Source of the DNA: a virus
Taxonomy: Duplodnaviria; Caudoviricetes
Strand: one strand, 5' to 3'
IMG/VR virus record: IMGVR_UViG_3300029893_000475
Coordinates: 1 to 62,553 of that record
DNA: 62,553 nucleotides
The notes beneath the pieces are model-generated. The model was not told the DNA's origin and did no database searches. It was given only the letters and a program-made list of their open reading frames with translations. This document shows, one piece after another, positions 8,626-18,409 of the stretch (its first letter is position 1; every line of letters starts with the position of its first letter). The position numbers and the translations under genes are program-made.

Positions 8626-10725
8626 TTAATTTAATGTGTGAACTTCTTTTGCTATAGCACTATCGTTTGTTAGTGCATATAAGCGATTGATCAATTTATC
8701 TGCACCTACTTGTGAAGTAGATTTATCTACTATACATATATATCTGCCGCTGGGATAGTCGTAAACTTTGCAATCCTTATTATCAATGGCGTAAGTTCTT
8801 AATTTACCTTGTATTATATAACCTTCTTTTATAGTAATTTCGTTCTTCATTACTATATCTATTTTTTTAGTAAGATTTAATGTCTTTTCGGTTTCTTCTA
8901 GAAGTTTTTTACTTCTTTCAACGCTTTGTTCATAAGAACTTTTAGCTTCATCTAAGATATATTTTATATCGTCTTTAGTTACATTTTCAACAATACCTTT
9001 ACCTAGCAAAGCATCAATTACAGCACCTAAACTTCTATTTTTACTTAAATTTATAAACTTATTGGTATCATGAATTTTAATTAATTTATTACCCAAATGT
9101 ATATACATCAAATTCTTAATTCTTTCAAGTGGGAAATTTAGGTATAATACTTCTCCTTTTAATCCATCAACCATGAAGTTTACTCCATTTTGTAAATATC
9201 TATGAAATTTTAGCGAACAGCTACTTACATTAGAAAGAAAACTATCAAAATCTTCTTGATTGGTATAACAAACTGCTCTTCTTAAACAATCCTCTACTTC
9301 TTCCTTGTTAATCCTATAATCATTTAAATAAATTTTAGTACTACTAATTCCTAATGAATTAGTAGTCTCTTTTATTTTTATGGTATATAATACTTCACCT
9401 ATTTTACCAGAAGTTTCTTTGTTAGAAACATTTGCGATAAAAGCATCAAATATTATATCCCAATTCAATTTATCAAGTGCATAAGCATTACTAAGTTTTT
9501 TCATAAATATATATGCCCATGAAGGTGAATCATAGATTTCTAACACTTGATTAGCATACGTGATTGAATTTTTTGTTATAGTCACACCATTTATATTTAA
9601 AGTTTTATTATTATTTAAACTTTCTATTTTGGTTTTTAATTTTTTTACCAATTCTTCTTCTTCTTTTTCCTCAGTATGCTTTTTTTGTAAATGTTCTGCG
9701 TATTGTTTAGTGATAAATTTTATATCAGTTGATGTTAGCATTCTTTCTACTTCATGGTTAGTACTATTATATAACCAATCTATAATTTCTAAAGCAGGAA
9801 AGTCTTCTATATCATCCGAAAAAATAAAATCGGCAGCATTCTTCTTTGTGTAAGTACTTAATGCAAGAAGTTTTCTACCAGCATCAATATAATTATATAA
9901 AGGATCTTTATAAGAAAACATAAAAAGTCTTTTTATGGTAGATAATTTATGTTGATATTCTATACAATGTATTAAAGCAAATCTATAATTGTCATATTCA
10001 TACACTGCCTCAACTATGCCTGCCAAGATTGAATGAGTTACAAAATAGTGTTGATTATTTTTCTTAAGATTTAACTTATCAGTTATATCATAATTACTAA
10101 CTTTAGCTTCTGGTACTAACCAATTCATTGCTTCCTTAATAGCATTTCCTTCTTCAACTGTATATTCACTAATTAGTCCAACTTTTTTTTCTTTTAAAGT
10201 TTTAAACGTGCTTTTTATTGATGTTGCTTCTAATACAGGGTCTAGATTATCTAATATTGCACCATTCAATTTAGGTACTGCATAAATCTGTAATAATTTA
10301 AGTTTTTCTACATTCTTTAAAAATTGATCAAAATCTTTTATATCAAAGTGTCTAACTCTTAATATTGTATCCAAACTATAGTGACTAAAAATTTGAAGCC
10401 CTAGTTCAAAATAGGCCTCTAATTTAGAATTTTCTTTATTAGTATTATCTTCATATTTTTCATCTGTATTTATATATATTTCTAATAAATTTTCTGAATT
10501 TTTATAGGATGTGTTGAAATATGCACTATATGTGATAGTTAGCATACCCTTTTTAATAACATAGTTTACTTCATTAAAGTTTCTCAATATTTTAATACTT
10601 TCTAACTTTGCAAGCTGTTGTTTCACCTCCTTTAAAGCTGCCATATTTTTTTGTAAGTCCTGTTTACTAATGTCTAATTTATAGAAATCTACAAATATTT
10701 CTAATGATTCTGGAGTTACTTTCAT
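8626..10725 (-). CDS. large hypothetical protein co-transcribed with the Ubl cassette (candidate E2-like or substrate)
   Basis: 699 aa, 16 nt upstream of Ubl; C-terminal domain GKLRTY...PSGRYICIVD...DKLINRLYALTND contains a Cys. Confidence 0.55.
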   Translation of the reverse strand: MKVTPESLEIFVDFYKLDISKQDLQKNMAALKEVKQQLAKLESIKILRNFNEVNYVIKKGMLTITYSAYFNTSYKNSENLLEIYINTDEKYEDNTNKENSKLEAYFELGLQIFSHYSLDTILRVRHFDIKDFDQFLKNVEKLKLLQIYAVPKLNGAILDNLDPVLEATSIKSTFKTLKEKKVGLISEYTVEEGNAIKEAMNWLVPEAKVSNYDITDKLNLKKNNQHYFVTHSILAGIVEAVYEYDNYRFALIHCIEYQHKLSTIKRLFMFSYKDPLYNYIDAGRKLLALSTYTKKNAADFIFSDDIEDFPALEIIDWLYNSTNHEVERMLTSTDIKFITKQYAEHLQKKHTEEKEEEELVKKLKTKIESLNNNKTLNINGVTITKNSITYANQVLEIYDSPSWAYIFMKKLSNAYALDKLNWDIIFDAFIANVSNKETSGKIGEVLYTIKIKETTNSLGISSTKIYLNDYRINKEEVEDCLRRAVCYTNQEDFDSFLSNVSSCSLKFHRYLQNGVNFMVDGLKGEVLYLNFPLERIKNLMYIHLGNKLIKIHDTNKFINLSKNRSLGAVIDALLGKGIVENVTKDDIKYILDEAKSSYEQSVERSKKLLEETEKTLNLTKKIDIVMKNEITIKEGYIIQGKLRTYAIDNKDCKVYDYPSGRYICIVDKSTSQVGADKLINRLYALTNDSAIAKEVHTLN

Positions 10726-10737
10726 TTTTACAATTCC

Positions 10738-11166
10738 TTATTCAAATAGTTTTACTTTTATTGGTTTTATTTGTTCTTTGTCAATTTGTGGTTTTAGGTC
10801 TTCTTCAGTAATAGTACAAGTACTTAGTACAAGATAATTATTTCTATCTGGGTAAACAGCTACTTTTTTACCTATGAAATCGTTTAATTTATCCACCTTA
10901 TAGTATTTCATAAAATGAGCTAACGCAGACATAGGTGATATCCCATCTTTTCCTACTGAATACCAAAGACCTTTTATTTCTTTATTTCCTTCATAATTTT
11001 CAATCCAACAGTCAGATATAGTAAATGTTTTACCATTTTCATCTTCAACAGTAAATTCTACTTTTTCTGAAACTTTATCAGGCATACTTACACTTTTTAG
11101 TCTTATATCTTTAATAGTAACATCTCTATCTAGACTTCCAATTGATTTATTTAAAAAATCTTCCAT
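10738..11166 (-). CDS. hypothetical protein (possible OB-fold/SSB-like)
   Basis: 142 aa, beta-rich pattern, ends KLFE like the DUF669-type protein at 22319; function not established. Confidence 0.45.
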   Translation of the reverse strand: MEDFLNKSIGSLDRDVTIKDIRLKSVSMPDKVSEKVEFTVEDENGKTFTISDCWIENYEGNKEIKGLWYSVGKDGISPMSALAHFMKYYKVDKLNDFIGKKVAVYPDRNNYLVLSTCTITEEDLKPQIDKEQIKPIKVKLFE

Positions 11167-11215
11167 ATTTTTTGTTATGATTAATAGTTTAATTTATGTT
11201 TCGCAATGGTGTTTT

Positions 11216-13768
11216 TTAACACATACTCCAACCACAGTTTGTACAAATTTTACATCCATCCTGGTACTCTAATTTATTAGATTTACAAGATGGACACTTT
11301 ACATTTATCTTTACACCGTTTTTTATATAGCGAGACAGCAATTTTTTTAAGTGAAAAACAAAACTAGATGTTTGATGTGAATATTTATCTAAAACCTCTA
11401 CTATATCTTCAATTTTTATATTGTGTCGTAAAGCCATACCAATTATTCTTGCTATTCTTGTCGTATTTTTCTGGTTTTCATATTTTTTTATTTGTTGTTC
11501 AACTAGATCTTGGGAAATACCTTTTTCTACTAAAAGTTTTTCCATAGAATGTATTAATTCTTCTGTTATTTCATTACTTTCATTATTGTTTGTACTGACA
11601 AATAGAGCATAAGGTTTAGTCAAATTACTATCTACAAATGCAATATTGACATACCATTTTTTCTTATTTCCGTCTTTAATTTTAAAACCTTTAGCAAAAT
11701 ATACATCAGGGATTTTTGTAACATGATGAATTACTTTATCACCGGCTTCTGCGAACTGTTTTTCTAATTCATTTTGATACTCTTTTTCTTTCATAGTATC
11801 TAATACAGCGGTCATAGTACCTTCTCTATAGGTAGTAATTCCTTTAATATTATTTTCCCATGCTAATGAATATAGAGCTTTAAATCCATCATAAGAATAA
11901 TCTTTTGGAAAATTAACGGTCTTAGAATTATTCATATCTGTATAATGAGCAACAATTTTTAAAACATTTATATGGTCTTGTACTGTTAAATCTTGTGTAG
12001 TAGCAAGTTTACCTTGATGTTTTAGTTCTTTAATATTTACATTAGTATTCTTTAAAAAGGTCCAACCATAGTCTTCCACCATAGTGGCCTTTACAAGACC
12101 ACGATTTCTATCAACTTCGTAATCAACATTTTCAAAAGTCCCTTTTAAAATTTGTTCATCTCCCCTTGTTGAAAATTTCATATGTTCTGTTTCAAACCAT
12201 TCACCTTTTAATGGGTTAGGCCATTTAAATCCTTTTTTAATGAGAGCTCTTTTTTCAGCATCATTTACAATAGACCATCTTACATATTCCAATAAAAATA
12301 CAGGTTCTATACCACCACTAACAATTCCTGCATATATACCAGTATTACCTGTAGGGGCATTCATTGACCTATGTGAGTTTCGCATATGACCTATATTTTT
12401 TATGGTTTTTTTAACTTCTTCTGAAATTCTTAAATTTTTCCACCAAAATGTACTAAAATATTTATTTTTATCAAATAACTTGAAACTGCCCTTTTCTTTC
12501 CCTAGTTCTGCTGAAGCTAATAATTCAGTTTCAGCCTTTGATTTATAAATTTTTTCTATTAAATCTAAAGATTCTTCCGACCCATATCTTATACCAAACA
12601 TTAATAACATTGAACCTAATCCCATGTTTCCTAAACCTATGCGTCTCTTTTCTTGTGTAGAATCGGAATATTCTTTTAATGGGGTTCTAGAAATATCATT
12701 TATATTATCTAAAAATCTAATAGCTATTTTTACAACTTTTTTATATTCTTCAAAATCAAAATACAAGGAACCATCATTATTTTGTTTTACAAATTTTGGC
12801 AAATTAATTGATCCTAAATTGCATACACCGGTTGACATACCAATTTCACCACAGGGATTAGTAGCAAATATTTTTTCACAATATGATAATGGATTTAACT
12901 TATTAAAAAGATCCAAAAATATTACACCTGGTTCATTTCTGGTATATGTAGCATACAGAATTTTGTCCCATAATTTCCTAGCTTTAATTTTATCATAAAC
13001 TGTGTACGTATAACCTTTATTTATCCATTCTTCAATATCTCCATTCCATTCTTTATTATAATGGGGGCTTTCTGTATCCGGAAAAATAAGTTCCCAGTAA
13101 TCGTCATTTTTTACAGCTTCCATAAATCCTTCTGTAATGCCAACAGAAATATTAAACTTAGTAAGTTTTCCTGGAGTTTGTTTTGCTGTTATAAAATCCT
13201 CTATTTCAGGATGCCAAACAGAGAGCACTCCCATCTGTGCTCCTTTTCTTATTTTAATTTTTTCGTCCTTTTTTAGGTTTCCTAATATTTTTTCTGAGCC
13301 AGAGGTAATCAGTTCAGAAGATTTATCCCACAGTTCCATAAATTTTATAACTCCGGGAGTCCTGCCTCCAATGCCTCTTACATAAGAACCTGCAGGTCTA
13401 ATCCAGCTAAAATTCATTCCATACCCTCCCTCAGATTTTAAGGTGTGGGCTTGAGCTTTTAACATATCGTATATACCTTCAATAGAGTCTGGATCTGTGT
13501 AATTTATATCTTTTGGATGATGAACATAACAATTAAATAAGGTTGTGGACTTTCTAGAGTCCACACCTAGGTTAGCCATTATTCTACCGCCGGGAATAAA
13601 TTTAAAATCTTCTAATATATAATAAAAGTCATTATATATTTTTTTTCTGTTTTCTGAATTTTCAATTTTTGATGTTTCTCTTGCTAAACGTTTCCAAGTA
13701 TCAGTTATATTTTCATCAAGTGGTGCTTTATAGTTTTCTAACCAAATTTCTTCAGAAAATTTATTCAT
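11216..13768 (-). CDS. nrdJ: adenosylcobalamin-dependent (class II) ribonucleotide reductase
   Basis: FIPGGRI, TLFNCYV, GGYGMNFS.IRP, RKGAQM, TNPCGEI, VCNLGSINL, RRIGLG, NAPTGN, SKTVNFP, KGITTYR; C-terminal CPSC...CKICTNCGWSMC; no beta-subunit gene nearby. Confidence 0.9.
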   Translation of the reverse strand: MNKFSEEIWLENYKAPLDENITDTWKRLARETSKIENSENRKKIYNDFYYILEDFKFIPGGRIMANLGVDSRKSTTLFNCYVHHPKDINYTDPDSIEGIYDMLKAQAHTLKSEGGYGMNFSWIRPAGSYVRGIGGRTPGVIKFMELWDKSSELITSGSEKILGNLKKDEKIKIRKGAQMGVLSVWHPEIEDFITAKQTPGKLTKFNISVGITEGFMEAVKNDDYWELIFPDTESPHYNKEWNGDIEEWINKGYTYTVYDKIKARKLWDKILYATYTRNEPGVIFLDLFNKLNPLSYCEKIFATNPCGEIGMSTGVCNLGSINLPKFVKQNNDGSLYFDFEEYKKVVKIAIRFLDNINDISRTPLKEYSDSTQEKRRIGLGNMGLGSMLLMFGIRYGSEESLDLIEKIYKSKAETELLASAELGKEKGSFKLFDKNKYFSTFWWKNLRISEEVKKTIKNIGHMRNSHRSMNAPTGNTGIYAGIVSGGIEPVFLLEYVRWSIVNDAEKRALIKKGFKWPNPLKGEWFETEHMKFSTRGDEQILKGTFENVDYEVDRNRGLVKATMVEDYGWTFLKNTNVNIKELKHQGKLATTQDLTVQDHINVLKIVAHYTDMNNSKTVNFPKDYSYDGFKALYSLAWENNIKGITTYREGTMTAVLDTMKEKEYQNELEKQFAEAGDKVIHHVTKIPDVYFAKGFKIKDGNKKKWYVNIAFVDSNLTKPYALFVSTNNNESNEITEELIHSMEKLLVEKGISQDLVEQQIKKYENQKNTTRIARIIGMALRHNIKIEDIVEVLDKYSHQTSSFVFHLKKLLSRYIKNGVKINVKCPSCKSNKLEYQDGCKICTNCGWSMC

Positions 13769-13780
13769 ATTAAACCTCCA

Positions 13781-14221
13781 TTATTTATCAGATGAACCAA
13801 AACCTTTGTCTCCTCGATCAGTTTCATCAAGTTGTTCTACAAACTCTATATTTATTTTAGGAAGGACATTTATTACTAATTGTGCAATTTTTTCGCCCGC
13901 CGTTATTGCTACAGGATAATCTCCGGCATTTTGAAATACTACTTTTAATTCACCTCTATATTCAGAATCTATTACGCCAGCTTTTAAAATTAATGTATTT
14001 TTTAATGAATAGCCGCTTCTTTCTTGAATCATTCCATAATAACCCGTTGGTATAGCAACTGAAAATCCAGTAGGGACTGTATCTCTACCCCCAGCAGGAA
14101 TTTTTACAGTTTTAGAAGCATATAAATCTATACCCGCGTCACTTTCCCTTTCTTTTGAAGGAAGGGTAGCGTTATTATCAAGTTTTTTAAATTTTATCAA
14201 TAATTTTTTCTTTTCCATCAT
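13781..14221 (-). CDS. dut: trimeric dUTP diphosphatase
   Basis: AGIDL, RSG, GVIDSEYRGE, KIAQL and RGDKGFGSS motifs I-V. Confidence 0.95.
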   Translation of the reverse strand: MMEKKKLLIKFKKLDNNATLPSKERESDAGIDLYASKTVKIPAGGRDTVPTGFSVAIPTGYYGMIQERSGYSLKNTLILKAGVIDSEYRGELKVVFQNAGDYPVAITAGEKIAQLVINVLPKINIEFVEQLDETDRGDKGFGSSDK

Positions 14222-14471
14222 TTTGTTTTGGTTTAATTAAGTTTAGTTTAAAAACATATTTTATATCTGAAATAGGAAACAAAGCTATTTCATAGTCAAC
14301 TACATGTTCTATTTGTTTTAATAATTCTGGATCTTTTATACCTTGTATTTCGAGACCATCATTTTCGATATCAATACAGGTCACATAACCTATAACCCCA
14401 AGAACTTCTTTTGTAGTTACCCTAATTATATCTCCAGGTGTAATTCTGGTATTTAGGAATGTAGCATTCAT
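14187..14471 (-). CDS. hypothetical protein
   Basis: 94-aa ORF overlapping both neighbours in the operon; no motif recognised. Confidence 0.5.
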   Translation of the reverse strand: MNATFLNTRITPGDIIRVTTKEVLGVIGYVTCIDIENDGLEIQGIKDPELLKQIEHVVDYEIALFPISDIKYVFKLNLIKPKQNDGKEKIIDKI

Positions 14472-14944
14472 GTTAATTCTTTCTCCATTTCAATAACCTT
14501 ATTTAAATAATTTTCGACTTCAATTAACCACTCTAGTTTAAAGTCTTGTATTGGGATAGATTTTCTATCATTACCAATTTTATATTTTTTTATAAGACTT
14601 ATAGGAGTAATAAATACCTTATCAGGATACAACGCCTTAAAATGTATCATAAAAAATGCAATACCACCTAATTTTTGTTGAAATTCCAAATAAGCCAGTT
14701 GATGATCTTCTATGTTTGCTAGGGGAAAGCTAGTTTTACTTAAAGTTTCTTTAGCATCAAAAGCTATTGATTTACCTCCTTTAACTGTTCCTGTATAATC
14801 TACTGTAGATTTTTTTGCAATTAATCCTTTATTAGTCAGTATTACAGGAGTTTCTACTTTTAGAATAAGAGCCATTTCATCTTTTCTGTATTTAATGTTT
14901 TGATGATTTGCTCTCTTCTCTAATTCATTCCCTTTTGATGGCAT
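14468..14944 (-). CDS. recU: RecU-family Holliday junction resolvase
   Basis: GNELE, KVETP, STVDYTG, IAFDAKET, NIEDHQLAYL motifs. Start reassigned to the ATG at 14944 (MPSKG) with SD AGGAG. Confidence 0.88.
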   Translation of the reverse strand: MPSKGNELEKRANHQNIKYRKDEMALILKVETPVILTNKGLIAKKSTVDYTGTVKGGKSIAFDAKETLSKTSFPLANIEDHQLAYLEFQQKLGGIAFFMIHFKALYPDKVFITPISLIKKYKIGNDRKSIPIQDFKLEWLIEVENYLNKVIEMEKELT

Positions 14945-14954
14945 TTTTTTTCTC

Positions 14955-15617
14955 CTAAAGTTGGCTAGACCAATGAGTGATAGTTTTTTTAATACCCAAG
15001 TAATATTTTTCATCTTCTTGCAAATTATTTGGATCTAAATACCAAGTTGTGTGTCTAGCGATATATGGATAATCTGTACGTATAGCCCAACCCCACGCTC
15101 CTTTATGGGTTGGATGAAATAAAGCAAAGGTAGTATCAATCTGCGCTTTCCATAAACCTTCTGCAATTTTTGTTTTCCAGAATTGACTTTCCCAGTCTTG
15201 TACACTATGTTTGTGTGGAAAATGATCCGGAATGTCATCTATTTTTAAGCCGAAACCAACCTTTGTATAAGTAGGGTATTTATTCATAATTTCAAAAAAA
15301 TATTCCATAAAGTTTGGGGGGCATTCGTCTATCGGAACCACATCTGGATCTGTTAAAACATAATAAGATTTATTAAATCTATTTATATGTCCTGAACGCC
15401 ATAGAGCTTCATGTCCCAGATTTGTATTTAGATAAATTATTTCATATGGAAGAGTTTTATAAAACTCTATTAAAGGCTCATAAGTAGAATTATTGTCCAA
15501 AATAATCACTGGATTTTGAATACCCTTCTTTATGAAAAATTCTATTAATTGTTTTAAGCATGTTAACCTGTTAAAACTATTTATTATTATTGGTATTTCA
15601 TTTGGTGTCATTTTCAA
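14955..15617 (-). CDS. glycosyltransferase, GT-A fold (GT2-like)
   Basis: IIINSFNR, IILDNNSTY, DxD in VLTDPD, AQIDTTFALF. Confidence 0.75.
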   Translation of the reverse strand: MKMTPNEIPIIINSFNRLTCLKQLIEFFIKKGIQNPVIILDNNSTYEPLIEFYKTLPYEIIYLNTNLGHEALWRSGHINRFNKSYYVLTDPDVVPIDECPPNFMEYFFEIMNKYPTYTKVGFGLKIDDIPDHFPHKHSVQDWESQFWKTKIAEGLWKAQIDTTFALFHPTHKGAWGWAIRTDYPYIARHTTWYLDPNNLQEDEKYYLGIKKTITHWSSQL

Positions 15618-16413
15618 AAAAAGATTTTAACCTTATTAATTGTATTTTTAGTGACGGTACCATAAATTTTTGTTCAGTACAGATCAGGCTTCTGTCACAT
15701 TTTTCTGTAGATTCGGTTTTATTTATTACTAAATTTAAATTATATACCTCGTCTATTAATTTTAGTAAATCATATTTATTTATCGGCAAACTTGCTAACT
15801 GTGTTAATCCATTATTTATAAGATTATTAGTTAGGAGAAATCGAATGTAATTAGCTAATTCCAAAGTAGTTACACCACTCCAAATATGGTTTTCCCAGCC
15901 ATTTACTGTTAAACCTTTTTGTGCTTTTGCCCATTCTAACAGTGAGTACTTGTTATTCAGTTCTTCCCCTATAATAGAAGTACGAATCACCATAGCATTA
16001 TTTAAACAGGCTTCACCTATAGCTTTCGATAAACCATAAATATCATCAGCATCTGGTAAGTCATCGATTTTATAATTACCTTTATTGCCTGTAAATACAC
16101 AATCTGTAGAAACGTGTATCATTTTAATATATGGAAAATATTTGTTTAAATAATTTCCAAGCTGTATGGGAAACCATGAATTTATTTTAAATATTTCTTC
16201 TGTTGTATAATTTTTAATTCTGGGTTTAATTACACCTATACTGTTGACTACTAATACTGTGCTATTTTTAATATATTGAGAAAGATCATTTATGTTATTA
16301 TGCAATACATTAAATTGTTTGGATGTTATAGGAGTTACATCTGCAATATTTTTTATATATTGTGTTAATGTGTATCCCAGCATTCCATTAGCACCTAAAA
16401 TTACAATATTCAT
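15598..16413 (-). CDS. NDP-4-keto-6-deoxyhexose reductase (RmlD/QnlA-like SDR)
   Basis: GANGMLG, HVSTDCVF, YGLSK, IRTSIIGEEL...SLLEW. Confidence 0.85.
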   Translation of the reverse strand: MNIVILGANGMLGYTLTQYIKNIADVTPITSKQFNVLHNNINDLSQYIKNSTVLVVNSIGVIKPRIKNYTTEEIFKINSWFPIQLGNYLNKYFPYIKMIHVSTDCVFTGNKGNYKIDDLPDADDIYGLSKAIGEACLNNAMVIRTSIIGEELNNKYSLLEWAKAQKGLTVNGWENHIWSGVTTLELANYIRFLLTNNLINNGLTQLASLPINKYDLLKLIDEVYNLNLVINKTESTEKCDRSLICTEQKFMVPSLKIQLIRLKSFFENDTK

Positions 16414-16877
16414 CTTATAGCAACCTCAAAATTATTTGGGTACATATTTTTTTCCTCGCTTTCATTATAATTAATTCTTATATCATCTTTTTTACTTTCT
16501 TGTAAAGTTGCGGATGAGAAAATAACTAGTTTTGTATCTTTAGTTAATGTTTTAAAACCATTTGCATAGCCGCCTGGAATATAAAAAATTGAAGGTAATT
16601 CAGAAGATAAAGTAACTTTTACTCTTTCAGAACTTAATTTATAATTATTACCAAAAATTTCTAATTTACATGCTATAATAATTGCACAACCAGAAGTAAC
16701 TAAAAAATACTTTTCTTCATATAAATGACCATGCCAAGCACGTATAAAGTTTTCACTATGATTAGTGATAGTATAAAATCTCTTGATGTTAGAGAGATTT
16801 AATTCATTATTAAATCCAACAATTCCTCTATCATCAATATAAATTTGACCTGTATATAATTTAGGAAATTTTTCCAT
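16410..16877 (-). CDS. RmlC-like cupin sugar 3,5-epimerase
   Basis: DDRG, IRAWHGH..EEKYF, IPGGYANGFKTL. Likely start is the ATG at 16877 (MEKFP). Confidence 0.82.
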   Translation of the reverse strand: MEKFPKLYTGQIYIDDRGIVGFNNELNLSNIKRFYTITNHSENFIRAWHGHLYEEKYFLVTSGCAIIIACKLEIFGNNYKLSSERVKVTLSSELPSIFYIPGGYANGFKTLTKDTKLVIFSSATLQESKKDDIRINYNESEEKNMYPNNFEVAIR

Positions 16878-17835
16878 ACAATGTTTCCGCAAAATATTGT
16901 TCATTAGAATATCTTTTACTAGCAAAATCTTTTATTCTTTTTGATTCTACAAGTTCCCGTAATTCATTTATTCCGTCTTTTTCATTATATAAAAAAGTAA
17001 AACCAAAATCATTTACCAGTTTTTCGTTTGAAACTTTATAGTTTCTAGCATCCTGAAATGGGACACTTGTAGTATTAATTTCAAGATTTTTGAATTCTTT
17101 TTTAAATATCCCACCTAAATCCGCTATTTTTATATTTTTATAGCTTAAGTTATAGACCCCTGTATGATTTGTATATATACTATGCACAATTGCTCTTGCA
17201 GCATCTTTAACATGTAATATAGGTCTATACTGATTTCCACCAAAAATTGTTATTTTATTTTGTGTACATGCTTGTACTGTCAACAGATTTATAACTAAAT
17301 CTAATCGAATACGTGAAAAACTATCTCCTACACCAAATAAAGTGCCTAATCTGAAAATTAATGCATTTTTATTTATCAAATAATTTTCTGCATCTAATTT
17401 TGTTTTAGCATAAACTGATAATGGATTAGTCTTTGCAGCTTCGGTTAATAATTTGTCTTGAGCACCGTACACTGAGCAGGTAGAAGTAAATATAATTCTT
17501 CCTTTATAATTTTTTGATAACCAGTTTACTGTTTCTGTATTTATTTCTTGTGACAAAGCTGGATTTATTTGACAAACTCCGTCTCCAACTAAAGCTGCTA
17601 ACCAAATTACTACTGAAGCTTTTTTTAGCAGTACGAGCAACTTATCTTTATCTCTTATATCCCCAAATACAAATTCTACTCCTTCTTTTCTGTAAGAATC
17701 TTCATATAAAAGATTATCATATACAATTATTTTCGTATTATTATTTGATGTCATTCGTGTTAATAAAAAATCAACTACCATACCACCAAGATATCCAGCT
17801 CCACCAACAACTAAAATATTATTAATTTCTTCCAT
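16861..17835 (-). CDS. NAD-dependent nucleotide-sugar epimerase/dehydratase (extended SDR)
   Basis: GGAGYLG, GDIRD, STCSVYG, YAKTK (YxxxK), RPILHVKD. Confidence 0.88.
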   Translation of the reverse strand: MEEINNILVVGGAGYLGGMVVDFLLTRMTSNNNTKIIVYDNLLYEDSYRKEGVEFVFGDIRDKDKLLVLLKKASVVIWLAALVGDGVCQINPALSQEINTETVNWLSKNYKGRIIFTSTCSVYGAQDKLLTEAAKTNPLSVYAKTKLDAENYLINKNALIFRLGTLFGVGDSFSRIRLDLVINLLTVQACTQNKITIFGGNQYRPILHVKDAARAIVHSIYTNHTGVYNLSYKNIKIADLGGIFKKEFKNLEINTTSVPFQDARNYKVSNEKLVNDFGFTFLYNEKDGINELRELVESKRIKDFASKRYSNEQYFAETLYGKIS

Positions 17836-17836
17836 G

Positions 17837-18409
17837 TTAACTTTTTTGATTATTAATTAGTTCGAATACCATTAGTCTATTATTGTATGCAGTATATTTA
17901 TTATTTATATAAAAATACTTTTCTATTAATGCAGTCCAATAATTGATATCTTCTTTTATTCTATGTAAATCAATATTATTTATAATTTCTTCATGATTAG
18001 CTATAGTAAATAGACTATAATTAGCCAATGATGATAAATATTTTAATATCGGGTCAATTTGTTCTTTGTCTAAATGTTCCAAACAATCTAAAGCAAATAA
18101 AAACTTGTGTTTTTCAGAAAAATTTTCTCTATCCTGTACATTATTAAGATCTAATTTTATAAACTTTACTTCATATGGATGGAACTTTTCTAAATCTGTA
18201 GAGACAATATTTTCTTTTGGGTATATATCTAATAGTAATTTGATTAGAGTACCTCTACCACTAGATATGTCTATTATACTATCTCCTTTAGTATAAAATT
18301 TTTTTAAAAAATTTAGTGCCAAAACATACCTCAATTCATTGTCAGGATGCAAATTATATGTTTCTGATTTAAATAAACTTTTATATATATTATTATATGT
18401 CATAGCCAT
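17837..18409 (-). CDS. class I SAM-dependent methyltransferase
   Basis: IIDISSGRG motif I and DCLEHL post-motif. Confidence 0.75.
   Translation of the reverse strand: MAMTYNNIYKSLFKSETYNLHPDNELRYVLALNFLKKFYTKGDSIIDISSGRGTLIKLLLDIYPKENIVSTDLEKFHPYEVKFIKLDLNNVQDRENFSEKHKFLFALDCLEHLDKEQIDPILKYLSSLANYSLFTIANHEEIINNIDLHRIKEDINYWTALIEKYFYINNKYTAYNNRLMVFELINNQKS

Noticed and set aside
4382-13768. Inteins, introns or homing endonucleases in PolA and NrdJ
   Set aside because: Both ORFs are continuous and of normal length, with no intein or LAGLIDADG/HNH motifs seen.
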